DNA of 64,000 nt from Pristiophorus japonicus (GCF_044704955.1 NC_091982.1:23746001-23810000), one strand, 5' to 3'. Numbered from the stretch's first letter, positions 51,349 through 63,384 are shown. The notes: a model not told the origin generated them from the sequence alone. Program-made: numbers and translations.

Positions 51349-51929
51349 ACTGAGATGTGAGGAATTCCATAGTTTTGAATTTTGAACAAGAATGAATAGA
51401 AACTCATGATCCTGCAGGAAGGAGAACGAGTATGTGGCTTGTTGTATTAGCGTTTAAGAGACAAGAGAGATAAGTTCAGAGGAACTATTGACTAGAAATT
51501 CATTTGTTGAGCACCACTCCGTAGCGCCATGAAATGGTGATAAAATGGTGCCTGCCGCTCTTTTGCCAGCTAGTGGCGGGTCCTGCGGCAACCACCATAT
51601 TCTTTTCCTCTTTGCGCTGCCGGTAGCTGGCCCTGAAGGAAAAATGGCGGCATGGTGAAGTCAATCGCCATGCAACGCTGACTTAACGTCACCAATGTGA
51701 ACTTTAACCCTCGCGCTGAATTTAGCACTGGGTCCTAAGCACACTAAGCAGTAGCTCTTAAAGGGCCACACACATCATTCAGGTAAGAGAGAATTTAAGG
51801 GTTCGAACTGTTTTTTTTAAATTTTATTGGAATGGTGGCTTGCTGCAATAGATGTGAAAAGTATTTTAGGTTGGTAGGAAGTGCTGCTGGATGCTTGCAA
51901 GGACTCGGATGGTAAGTGAAGGCCTTTAA

Positions 51930-52075
51930 GAAGACAGAACAAGCTGCAAATACTCAGCAGGTCAGGCAACATCCCTAGAAAGAAAAACAGAGTTTGCATC
52001 TCAGGTTGACATGCTGCCTGACCAACTGAGTATTTCCAGCATTTTATGCTGTCATTTCACATTTACAGCATCTGC
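51930..52075. mobile_element. Penelope-like short inverted-repeat element
   Basis: AAATACTCAGCAGGTCAGGCAACATC / ATGCTGCCTGACCAACTGAGTATTT inverted repeat, same family as 49751-49894. Confidence 0.7.
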
Positions 52076-52360
52076 TTGCAGAGTGAAGATGAAGATGCAG
52101 AAGAGGAAGATGCAGGAGAGAAGGAATCAGATGGAAGGTTTATTCCAGACTGCCCCTTTGTGACCGGGATGTCTGGGATGGAATCATCTGCCCGCGCAGT
52201 CCCGCTGGCTGGGCAGGCTGCTTCTTCTTGTTGACCCACTGGCTGGGCAGGCTGCATTTCTTGGACGCATAAATGACGAAGGCACAAGGGTGGAGTTGTG
52301 CTGATGGAAGGGCTGGAAAGCAAGGGTGCATGCCAGAAGGAGGATAATGTACAAGGATAC

Positions 52361-52817
52361 CCTCATCTTGTATCCTTGCAGCCCTACAGCTGGCCAAGGG
52401 CTCAACCATGCCCCTGCCAAGAATGGCCTGCACCGTCTCCTCCAAGGGGGTGAGCTGAGGCTAGAAATGGGAAATGTGCCTTGTCATTGGTGCAGATTGT
52501 TAGTAGGTGAGTGATAGGGAGTTGTGCATTGAGCAATGTGTGAGGCAAGTGGTGCAGTTGGCAGGAGACAGCTTTCTGAAGATGCATTCACTGACCTTGA
52601 CCAGTGGTCTGAGGTCATGAAGCTGGAGCCAGGTGGTGGGGGCGACACTGCTGACAATGGCGGTCTTAATGATGTACTCCCGCATCATTTTTTCTGGAGG
52701 CCTCTTGATCCCTGTGGGTAGAGGGCCACTCTTGCAGTGTTGACCCCTTGCACAAAGCAGTAGTGCTACATGTGAGACCCTCAGTGCCCCTTCCCTGGCT
52801 TGCTGAGCCATTTCCAT
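52361..52817 (-). pseudogene. Harbinger Myb/SANT-like (trihelix) protein relic, two exons
   Basis: Exon 52817-52596 MEMAQQAREGALRVSHVAL...RPPEKMMRE...VAPTTWLQLHDLRPLVK with donor AAG|GTCAGT; second exon ...PLEETVQAILG...DE with donor G|GTATCC. Confidence 0.55.
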
Positions 52818-52826
52818 GCAACATCT

Positions 52827-52900
52827 GCATTCAGGTAAATTACAGTCAGAAACTTTCCTTTGTGTTAGTATTGACACAAGACAGAAATCTGCTCAACATT
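52827..52900 (+). repeat. 74-bp direct repeat, copy 1 (H/ACA-like hairpin)
   Basis: 66/74 identical to 53608-53681 by eye. Confidence 0.9.
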
Positions 52901-53607
52901 AGTGCTGAGACAGTTTCCCATTTGTTGAGGTTTAACAACTGAATATTGGCATTTGGAACTTCTTTTAAATATTGAATATTTCTTAAAAGGCAGAAAGGGC
53001 TGAAAAATGTACTAATTCACTGCATTTTATTTTGTGCTGCTTCAGTGTGCATGGTCCCTTTAAATCTCAGACCTCTTCATTACCCACACTTCCCTGCGAG
53101 CTCCACAGCTTCACTCCGAGGCTGTGGGGAGCTGCAATGCCGCCCTTGGACAGAAACCTCAGATCCCCCCACCACCAGGATGGCTTTGCACGGAAGACGA
53201 ACGCTGCATCACCTATCTCTATGGCCCCCAGACCAATTTCACTTGGTTAGTGTTGCAGCCAATTCCAGCAGCCGTAAAAACCAATTTTTCCCCCCGGGAC
53301 TTTTGTTGTATTGACAAAATAAATACAAGAACATTTGTGATAGAGAGACAGGATTGAAGGTAAAAGAAGGACCACCTATCATGAGATAGCATGTTTTACC
53401 TTCTATAAAGCATGTCATCTAATGATAAGTGGTCCTACGCTTATCTTCTGGGTTGCTGCTAGGACAGTAGAGGTTGCTAATTTTAGGAAATTGAGATTAC
53501 TTTCAACAATTTATTTTATTTGAATAGATTTCCAATTGCATTTTGTTAACTTTGAAATAACCTCTATAGCGAAAGAAATAAATGTTTCTGTTTGAAAGAC
53601 CAGTACC

Positions 53608-53681
53608 GCATTCGGGTAAATTACAGTCAGAAACTTTCCTTAGTGTTAGCTTTGACACGAGGCAGAAATCTGTTGAACATT
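53608..53681 (+). repeat. 74-bp direct repeat, copy 2 (H/ACA-like hairpin)
   Basis: 66/74 identical to 52827-52900 by eye. Confidence 0.9.
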
Positions 53682-54389
53682 GTTTCGACGGTCTATGAGT
53701 TTGGATTAAATTGGTCATCAGTTCAGCATGACTCAATTTGACTTCTTGGAGCCAGGTAGGCCAAGTTTCAGATTCCAATTTTCTAGACTTCAGATATTTC
53801 ATCAGAATGAGACTAAATACAGCACGTGAACTCATTTTAATGTGGCTGCATTTGATGCCAGCTCTGTGTGACTTTCTTCAACCTCTGGGTGAAGTGTAGA
53901 AAGGTTGTTGCTTGTTAACACTCAGCAGTTGCCCCTTTTAATGACTTGAGACCAGTTTCACATACAGATTAATCTTGATGCTCTATAAAGGTAAGTTTGA
54001 GATTCATTTAAGTGATGAATCCACTTGACCTGGCATAAGGTTGGTACATCAGCAAAGAACAGTCCAGTAAGCTCGCACTTTATAGCTTGTGCTAACTCTG
54101 TCTTGTGCAGCTTCAGTGCCCTTGCCCTGTTTAAGTACGTAAATCCATCTTTGCATTACTTTCACATTTTATTTACTAATCACATTTTGAGGAGGAAGAA
54201 TATGACCTAAAGGAGATTTTACCTGACATGACTAAGGCTGCTGCTGCTGATTTCAAGACCAATCATTGTGCACTTAGTCAATTTGATAAAAGAAAGATAT
54301 TACAATTTCATAGCACTCTGTCGTTAATCTAAATTTGATAAAATAAATATATGCTTCCAAGAATTGATATTTCCAATCCTTGGAACTGC

Positions 54390-54585
54390 ATAATGAGCCA
54401 CTTGGTAAATGTTGCACAGGTCAGGAGTTCTTGGTTCAATACCTGATTCGTGCTGAGTTATTTCAAGCCAGCCAAGGTCGCAATTGGGGCACTACATTTA
54501 GCCTCAATGCTCCCAGATTTAAGAAGGGGAAACTCAACCAGTGTTTCTGCTCGATTGTGATCCAAGAGCATTGCTGGAAATGTTA
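54390..54585 (+). mobile_element. Old SINE fragment (DeuSINE/SacSINE1-like)
   Basis: B-box-like GGTTCAATACC followed by GTGCTGAGTTA...GGGGCACTACA, shared with the other copies. Confidence 0.5.
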
Positions 54586-54749
54586 ATCAGTCTTTTTGTA
54601 AAGAAGAATCCCCCGATATCTGTCCTAAAGTTACCTTTTACTAGTTTGATCCTACTCTCGCTGGTTATTTTTACATAGTATACCAGATTAACCTTTTCCA
54701 TTCTCTCAACTAACTTAAATATCTTTCAAACAGGGTGCACTGCATCAAT

Positions 54750-55490
54750 TCATCACAGCTTCTTCGGCAGCACCTCCCAAACCCACAGCCTCCACCACCT
54801 GGAATGCCAAGTGCAGCAGGCGCATGGGAATACCATCATCTCTAATTCTCATACCAGCCTGACTTGGATTTATATCGCCACTCTTTCATTGTTGCTGATT
54901 TCAATTTCTGGATTTCCCGATCTTACATCGTTGTGGGAGCACCTTCACCACATGGACTGCAGGGGGCCAAAATTGCCCTTTTCCTTAAGGCCTGTTACCA
55001 CCACAAATCGGCTGCCCTGTCTTTGGTGCCAGGTCGCTGGCCCGGCCAAAACCCTTCCTGGTGGTCCAGTGGCCCGAAGTTTTAAAAGCACGGAGGCTCT
55101 CCCCTTTAAGTGAAGGGGAGAGCCGTGGTGACGCAGTGCATGATGATATCATCGCGGTGGTGATTCCGCACCCGCCCCCAACTTTCGCCCCTCAGTTGTT
55201 GTCACCGCCGTGTTTTTGCCCCTCAGGTGTAGTCATCGCCCTCATTTTGACCGACTTCTGGATGAAAACAAAAAAAAAAGCGCAATTTCGCGAAAGTGTC
55301 GATCTGAACCGCAGCTGTGGTAAAAACCACCAAAACGGGGTGCGTGCGCCCCATTTTGTACGGGGGGAGGGCACAATTTGTACCCCCAGCAGTTCAAGAA
55401 GAAGACCCGCCACCACCTTCACAAGGACAACTAGGGATGGGCAATTAATGCTGACCTTGGCAACGATGCCCACATCCTGAAGAATGATTT
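54750..55490 (+). mobile_element. LINE family B 3' fragment split by a MITE
   Basis: CAGCACCTCCCAAAC...GGACTGCAG|MITE|CAGCAGTTCAAG...GGGCAATTAATGCTG. Confidence 0.88.
54963..55386. mobile_element. PIF/Harbinger-like MITE, complete
   Basis: TIRs GGGGCCAAAATTG / CAATTTGTACCCC; 3-bp TSD CAG. Confidence 0.87.
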
Positions 55491-55504
55491 TCTTTTTAAA
55501 GTAG

Positions 55505-55755
55505 GAAGGTAATATTAAAGTTACACAAATCCTTGTTTAAACCATACTGGAATACTGCATGCAATTCGGTCTCTGTACCATAAAAATGATATTGAAGAAC
55601 TGGAGAAAGTGCAGAAAAGATTTACAAGGATGTTACTGTAATTGAGAGGATGCAACTCGGGAAAGATTGAACAGACTGGGGCTCTTTTCTTGTGAAATAA
55701 GATTAAGAGGAGACTTGATAGCGATCTTTAAAGTTATGAAGTGGTTCGATAGGGT
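55505..55755 (+). mobile_element. Old CR1 ORF2 fragment
   Basis: CTGGAATACTGCATGCAATTC...GAAAGTGCAGAAAAGATTTACAAGGATG (LEYC..., EKVQKRFTRM). Confidence 0.75.
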
Positions 55756-55921
55756 GGTGATGAAATAGCAGAGAAGGAGGGAAGCATGGAAAATCTAGCA
55801 AAAAAAAGGCTGTCAAGGCTCAGGAGCATAATAGAAGCAGGCAGGTAGAGTTCAGGGGTACAAACCACCTCACCAATCCGTGGGAAACAATTAATTTCCT
55901 GTTCATTCCGGGGGCAAATTT

Positions 55922-57235
55922 TCATAGAATCATACAAGCTTACGGCACAAAAAAAGGCCATCATGTCTGTGCCGGCCAAAATAGAGCTATCTCGCCTAAT
56001 CCCTCTTACCTACTCTTGTTTGTAGCCTTGCAGGTTACGGCACTTCAAATGCATGTGCAAGTACTTTTTAAATGTGATGAGAGTTTCTGCCTCTCACCAC
56101 CCTCTGGGTGAAAAAATTTCTCCTCAAATCCCTCTAATCCTTCTACCAATTATTTTAAACCTATGTCCCCCAGATATTGTCCTCTCTGCTAAGGGAAATA
56201 TGTCCTTCCTATACACTCTATCTAGGCCCTTCATAATTTTATACATCTCAATTAAATCTTCCCTCAGACTCCTCTGTTCCAAAGAAAACAATCCCAGCCT
56301 ATCCAATCTTTCCTCACAGCTAAAATTCTCCAGTCCTGGCAACATTCTCATAATTCTCCCCTGCGACTTCTCTAGTGCAATCACATCTTCCTGTAATGTG
56401 GTGACCAGAATTGTCCGCAGTACACTAGCCATGGCCTAACTAGTATTTTATACAATTCTAGTGTAATATCCCTACTCTTGTATTCTATGTCGAGGCTAAT
56501 AAAGGAAAATATCCGGCATATCTTCTTAACTGTCCTGCTACTTTCAGGGATCTCTGGACATGCATTCCAAGGTACCTCTGTTCCTCTACACTTCTCATTG
56601 TCCTACCATTTATTGTGCATTCCCTTTCCTTGTTAGTCCTCCCCAAATCCATTATCTCACACTTCTTTAGATTGAATTTCATTTGTCACTTTTCTGTCCA
56701 CCTGACCTGTCCATTGATATCTTCCCACAGCCGACAGCTATCTTCCTCACCATCAACCAAACGGCCAATTTTTGTATCATCTGCAAACTTCTTAATCACG
56801 TCCTCTACATTGAAGTCCACAAAAAGGAGGCCATCATGTCTGTGCCAGCCAAAATAGAGCTATCTAGCCTAATCCCACTTACCAACTCTTGTTTGTAGCC
56901 TTGCAGGTTATGGCACTTCAAATGCATAGCCAAGAACTTTTTAAATGTGATGAGAGTTTCTGCCTCTACCACCCTCTGGGCGAAAAAATGTCTCCTCAAA
57001 TCCCCTTTAATCCTTCTACCAATTATTTTAAACCTATGTCCCCTAGTTATTGTCCTCAATATACCACAAAAAAGCAAGGGATCTAGTATCGAGCCCTGCG
57101 GAACCCCACAGGAAACAACCTTCCATTCATAAAAACACTTGCCGACCATTTCCCATTGCTTCTGCCACTGAGTCAATTTTGGATCCAACTTGCGACTTTC
57201 CCTTGGATCCCAAGGGCGTTTACTTTTCTGACCAG
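55922..57235 (-). mobile_element. CR1 3' fragment containing an internal copy of its own 3' region
   Basis: Tail CATAGAATCATA; ORFs 56124-56432, 56485-56682 and 56805-57188 (GVPQGSILDP); 56818-57055 duplicates 55946-56185. Confidence 0.9.
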
Positions 57236-58738
57236 AATATTATGTTGCACAGAATTGTGCTTTTATATTAAAGTGATTTACCACACTCCCCAGCACAGGT
57301 TCTTCTTGGGCTGAGAAAGCACTACTTTTCGAAAAAAAACCTTCTGAGCATTATACTCCCACTTGGAGCAGCGAAGCAGCTATATATTTTTTTCCTGGCT
57401 TGGATTCTTTCCAGAGTCATTTTGTTTTAATCTGCTCAGTGTGTCTGGAAGGGACATCTGTTTAAATTTGCACCTTTTATCGTAGCTGAAATGTTATGTG
57501 TCTGCCTGTTTACTCCAAGCTGTGGTTCCAGCTGCTGTCCAAAGATAATTTGTAGTTTCATTTTATAGTTTATTATGAATTACAAGGCATTCTATCTTTG
57601 CTAATACTTTGTCTACTTCCATGTTCTACACTTTCTTCAGTAAATTCTTGCCTTTTTTAGTCTTGGTATCTGCAGCTGGTTATACAGCTACTTCTGCATT
57701 AAGGCAAAATGGTTTTGGATGTGCTTCGATTCAGAAATATGGCAGCGTAATTCCAGGCTAAGCTTTCTATCTGTCTAGGACACACTGAAGCCAAAGTGGT
57801 GTGAGATGCTTTCCAGTCTGCCATCTTGCATTGTTTGCCCTTGGCACTAATTAGAGTACAAATGCTGTTTAGTATAAAGCTATTTATAAATTTAGTATTC
57901 AAGTTATAAGAAAGCTGATACTCCCTCTTCCTCTCTTATTATTAAAAAAAAAGCTGCTGGGAAAAAGCACACATGCAAGCTCTCCTCTAGTGGACACAGT
58001 GCAATTTGCAGCCCAGAGTATAACTCCAATCCTGTCGCACTCTACACATTGTAATGCCTATATGAATTCAAACTGTTGTGTATATATATGATGTGGCATG
58101 GCATGTCATTTATAAGGTTTATTTAGTAAACATGTGCTGAATCTTGCTTGATGAAAACACAGGTCGGAGAAAGTGTTGCGATACTATAGCCCCAATTCTC
58201 CCACCTGTGTTCCTATATGGCAAAGCTCAGAATAAGAGGTTTAAATATAAAATATAAATGTAGACAGATCAGCACTAAATTTACCCTTGTAGCTGACCAT
58301 CATCATCATCATCATAGGCAGTCTCTCGGAATCGAGGAAGACTTGCTTCCACTCCTAAAGTGAGTTCTTTGGTGGCTGTACAGTCCAATACGAGAGCCAG
58401 AATCTGTCACAGGTGGGACAGATAGTCATTGAGGGAAGGGGTGGGTGGGACTGGTTTGCCGCACGCTCTTTCCGCTGCCTGCGCTTGATTTCTGCATGCT
58501 CTCGGTGTTGAGACTCGAGGTGCTCAGTGCCCTCCCGGATGCACTTCCTCCACTTTGGGCGGTCTTGGGCCAGGGACTCCCAGGTGTCAGTGGGGATGTC
58601 GCACTTTATCAGGGAGGCTTTGAGGGTGTCCTTGTCACATTTCCGCTGCCCACCTTTGGCTCATTTGCCATGAAGGAGCTCCAAGTAGAGCACGTGCTTT
58701 GGGAGTCTTGTGTCTGGCACGCGAACTATGTGGCCTGC

Positions 58739-61700
58739 TGTTGCATATGCAATAACTCAAAAGATTTAGTACCGTGAACTCAATCTGGTGCGATCTGACT
58801 CGACTTTATTAGCTCTCAAAGTGAGGATTAAACATGGAGGCTTTCTTTATATACAAGGGCTGCACGTGTGTTTCTGTGGCCCAATGGCCTCCGACGGTCG
58901 CTCCCCCTGGTGGCAGGTAAACCCAGACATGCATACATTACATCCACCCCCCCCCCCCCCCCCCCCTCCCCCCAAGATCTTGGTATCAGTCCTATTTATA
59001 ACTTGAGACGGTCTGGGGCTTTCTGCTCCCTAGTTGATCGTCTCAGTTCAAATCCAGATCTGGGTGAGCTCTCCGAGTCATTCATGACTTGAGGCTGGGT
59101 AGCCGATCTAATGGGAGTGGCAGTGTCCATGTCGAGGATTGAAGGTCCAGATTCATTGACAACAGCAGGGTCTTCTGATGGCTGAATATGAATCAGTTGG
59201 TCATTGATGGTGTCTTCTTCAAGTTGTTCCGGTTCGTTTCTGTGCCGCAATTTAGTCTGATCAATGTGCCTCCTGCATGTTTGCCCATTAGTGAGCCTGA
59301 CAATAAGCACCCTGTTACCCTCCTTGGCCGTAACAGTATCAGTGACCCACTTGGGGCCTTGACCATAATTTAGCACATACACAGGATCATTAATAGAGAT
59401 ATTGCGTGACACGGCAGTGCGATCATGATATCACTGCTGATGTTGACATCTGTTTTCGACGTGATCGTTTAGATCAGGGTGGACAAGTGAGAGCCTGGTC
59501 TTGAGACCTCTCTTCATCAACAGTTCAGCAGGGGAGACCCCAGTAAACTTGTGGGGTCTCCTCCTGTAACTAAGCAGTATGCGTGACAAGCGAGTCTGCA
59601 AAGAACCGTGAGTTACGCGTTTCAGACTCTGCTTGATGGTTTGGACGGCCCGCTCCGCTTGACCATTAGAGGCGGGTTTGAATGGTGCTGACCTTACGTG
59701 CTTGATACCTTTGAGTCTCATCAACTCTTGAAACTCCAAACTTGTGAAGTACGATCCGTTGTCGCTCACAACGATGTCGGGCAGACCATGAGTGGTGAAC
59801 ATGGCACGAAGGCTCTCAATGATGGCTGTGGATGTGCTGGATGACATGGTTACACATTCTATCCATTTGGAATACGCATCCACCACCACCAAAAACATTT
59901 TGCCCAGGAAAGGACCCGCATAGTTGATGTGGATCCTCGATCATGGCTTGGATGGCCACGACCACAGACTTAGCGGAGATTCCACTGGTGCATTGCTTAA
60001 CTGCACTGATGCACACATGACTCCAAATCAGAATTAATGCCAGGTCACCAAACATGAGACCTGGCAATGACCTTCATCATCACAATACCGGGATGGGTAC
60101 TGTGTAAATCCCATACAAATCTCTCCCTGCCTTTCTTGGGCATAACAACACGATTACCCCATAGCAAACAATCAGATTGAATGGATAGTTTGTCTTTGCG
60201 ATGGTTGTAAGGTTTGGTCTAATCACACACTTCCGTGGGAATGGCCAACCAATCACAACTAAGGACACACGTTTTACAACTGATAACATCGGATCCTGGC
60301 TGGTCCAGGTCCCAACTTGTTGAGTAGTGACAGGCGACCCTTCACTCTCAAAGGCATCCATGACCAACAGTAGACCTGCGGGCTGTGGCGTTTCCACCTC
60401 CGGCGTGGGCAACAGTAAACAGCTCAATGCATCGGCACAATTCTCGGTGCCAGGTCTATGGCGAATGACACAATCATAGGCAGATAATGTCAGCGCCCAC
60501 CTCTGGATGCTGGACGACGCGTTGGTATTGATACCTCTGTGCTCTGAAAACAAAGATATGAGCGGCTTATGATCGGTTTCAAGCTCGAAACGAAGCCCAA
60601 ACAGATACTGGTGCATCTTTTTAATCCCATATGCGCAGGCTAAAGCTTCTTTCTCTACCATGCCTTAGGCTCTTTCTGCTTTAGACATGCTTCTCGATGC
60701 ATACGCAACGGGTTGTAGTTTGCCCGACTCATTGGATTGTTGGAGCACGCAAACAACCCCATGTGATGAAGTGTCACAGGTCAATACTAAACACTTGCAC
60801 GGCTCATAATGTACCAGCAATTTGTTGGAACAAAGCAGATTTCTAGCCTTCTGGAAGGCCCTGTCTTGAGATACACCCCGAGCCCAGTTGTCGCCTTTTC
60901 TAAGCAGCATGTGTAGTGGCTCTAATAATGTGCTCAATTTAGGTAAGAAACTACCGAAGTAGTTGAGAAGACCAAGGAATGAACACAGCTCCGTCACATT
61001 CTGGGGTCTGGGTGCATTTTTGATGGCCTTTGTTTTCGAGTCCGTAGGCCTGATGCCTTCTGCAGCAATCTTCCTTCCCAGGAATTCGACTTCCAGTGCC
61101 ATAAAGACGCACTTTGAATGTTTCAGCCTGAGCCCCACTTTGTCCAGACGACGTAGAACCTCTTCCAGGTTGTGAAAGTGTTCGGCAGTGTCACGACCTG
61201 CGACCAGAATGTCATCTTGGAATACCACAGTTCTAGGGCTGGACTTCGGTAAACTCGCCATGTTTCCCTGAAATATGGCTGCAGCCGAGCGAATTCCGAA
61301 AGGACACCTGTTGTAAATGAACAGCCCTTTATGCGTATTGATACACGTAAGTTTCTTCGACAATTTGACAAGTTCCTGTGTCATTTTGGCCGACGTCAGA
61401 TCCAATTTGATAAACGACTTTCCCTTGGCTAGTTTTGCAAACAGATCATCAGACTTTGGTAACGGGTACTGATCCTGTTTCAAAACTCAGTTGATCGTAA
61501 CCTTGTAGTCTCCACAAATCCTGACAGTGCCATCACTCTTCAGCACAGGAACAATGGGACTAGTCCATTCGTTAAATTCGACTGGTGAAATGATCCCTTC
61601 ATGTTGGAGTCTGTCCTGTTCGATTTCGACCTTCTCCCTCATCATGTATGGGACTGCTCGGGCTTTGTGATAGATGGGTCTTGCATCGGAGTCCAGGTGG

Positions 61701-62901
61701 ATCTGCACCTTGGCTCCCGTGAAATTGCCGATGCCCGGTTCAAACAGCGAGGAAATTTGCTCAGCACTTGAGCACACGAAGCTTCATCCACCGATGACAA
61801 AGCTTTAATATCATTCCAGTTCCACTTTATTTTTTCGAGCCAACTCCTGCCGAACAGCGTTGGACCATTGCCTGGAACGATCCACAGTGATGGATCGTGA
61901 ACCACCCCATCGTACGACACCTTGACTGCTGCACTGCCAATCACTGGTATGAGCTCTTTGGTGTAGGTACGCAATTTTGCATTTACTGGACTCAGCTTGG
62001 GTTTCACGGCCTTAATGTCCCACAGCTTTTCGAAAGTCCTCTGGCTCATAATTGACTGACTCGCACCCGTGTCTAATTCCATAGATACCAGCACGTCGTT
62101 CAATTTTACTTCAATCATTATCGATTGGCTCTTTCTCAGGGACGAATGTACACTATACACTATACAGGGTGATCGTGATGGCCCTGCTCAGATCCAGCAT
62201 CTCCACAGCCAGCAGCTTCCACAGGATCACCTCGTGGTTTATGCCTATTACAAAGACGTCACGCAGCATGTCTTCCAACGCAGTTCCAAACTTACACGGC
62301 CCAGCGAGACATCTCAAGTCAGCAACAAATTCCGCCATGTCCTGGCCCTCAGAATAAACATGCTTGTAAAAGTGATATCTCGAGATAATGATGACTTCTT
62401 TAGGTTTGAGATTGTTCCGAATCAGAGCACATAATTCCTCATAGGTCTTTTCCGTTAGACGTGCAGATGAGAGCAGATTCTTTATGAGGCCATAGATTTT
62501 TGGACCACAAACCATGAGGAAAACCGCCCTGCGCCTAACTGCGTCAGCGTCTTCATCCATCTTGTTGGCCATGAAGTATTGGTCGAGGCAATCTATAGGA
62601 TCCTCCCTGTCTTCTCCCTCCATGAATCGCTCCAGGATTCCAAAGGTGTTCATTTTTTTTTTTGTGCGTGAAAGTTCGTATTGTGCCTCGTCGCCAAATG
62701 TTGAATATGCAATAACTCAAAAGGCTTAGTACCGTGAGCTCAATCAGTGCGACCTGACTCGACTTTATTCGTTCTCAAAGTGGGGATTAAACATGGAGAC
62801 TTTCTTTATATACAAAGGCTGCACGTTTGTGTCTGTGGCCCAATGATCTTCGACGGTCGCTCCCCCTGGTGGCAGGTAAACCCAGGCAGGCATACATTAC
62901 A
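58739..62901 (-). mobile_element. Ty3/Gypsy (Mag-like) element D with both LTRs, degenerate
   Basis: LTRs 58739-58942 and 62699-62901 (TG...CA, about 9% different by eye); TSD CCTGC (58734-58738 / 62902-62906); PBS TGGCGACGAGG 62696-62686; G-run PPT. Confidence 0.98.
58996..62653 (-). pseudogene. gag-pol: gag-pol of element D, disrupted
   Basis: Gag 62153-62653; protease ELDTGAS 61642-62160; RT VFQDD 60665-61483; RNase H 60080-60661; integrase SDNG...NGQAER 59431-59898. Confidence 0.95.
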
Positions 62902-63384
62902 CCTGCCCAGTGGGAGCTGATCAAGTGTGGTCAGTGCTTCAATGCTGGTATGTTGGCCTGGACGAGGACACTGATGTTGGTGCGTCTGTCCTCCCAGGGG
63001 ATTTGTTGGATCTTGCGGAGACATCGTTGGTGATATTTCTCCAGCAACTTGAGGTGTATGCTGTACATGGTCCAAGTCTCTCAGCCATATAGGAGGGCAG
63101 GTATTACTACAGCCCTGTAGACCATGAACTTGGTGGCAGTTTTGAGGGCCTGGTCTTCAAACACCCTTTTCCTCAGGCGGCCGAATGCTGCCCTGGCGTA
63201 TTGGAGGCGGTGTTGAATCTCATCGTTAATGCCTGCTCGTGTTGATAGGAGGCTCCCGAGATATGGGAAGTGGTCCACAGTGTCCAGCACCACGCCGTGG
63301 ATCTTATAGCTGACCAGTATTATGACAAACAACTAGTACTATTTTTAAGATAAGTACTATTTTAGTACTATTCTTTTCTTCTGG

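Larger units (their letters stand above)
51490..53245 (-). mobile_element. Old Harbinger-type element relic
   Basis: Degenerate TIR-like ends (GACTAGAAATTC / CAATTTCACTT) and a Myb/SANT-like coding relic; boundaries uncertain. Confidence 0.45.
58298..63305 (-). mobile_element. RTE LINE 3' fragment split by element D
   Basis: (CAT)n tail at 58298; homologous to 38215-39040 on both sides of the insertion (VDHFPYLGS, YRAVVIPALLYG). Confidence 0.93.

Noticed and set aside
49920-51470. Ancient Gypsy RNase H remnant split by the MITE (YCIERKEL...GRPF; KENEY)
   Set aside because: Similarity is limited to a few residues across stops; not supportable without a profile search.
52046-52234. Acidic ORF (EDEDAEEEDAGE) as a host exon
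   Set aside because: Low-complexity purine tract inside a transposon relic; its apparent acceptor comes from an inserted repeat.
57975-58012. Stand-alone CTCF site (CCACTAGAGGAGAG, minus strand, with upstream TGCA)
   Set aside because: Two mismatches at high-information core positions; too weak without ChIP data.
58788-59092. Proline-rich ORFs
   Set aside because: Translation of the poly-C strand of element D's polypurine tract and LTR.
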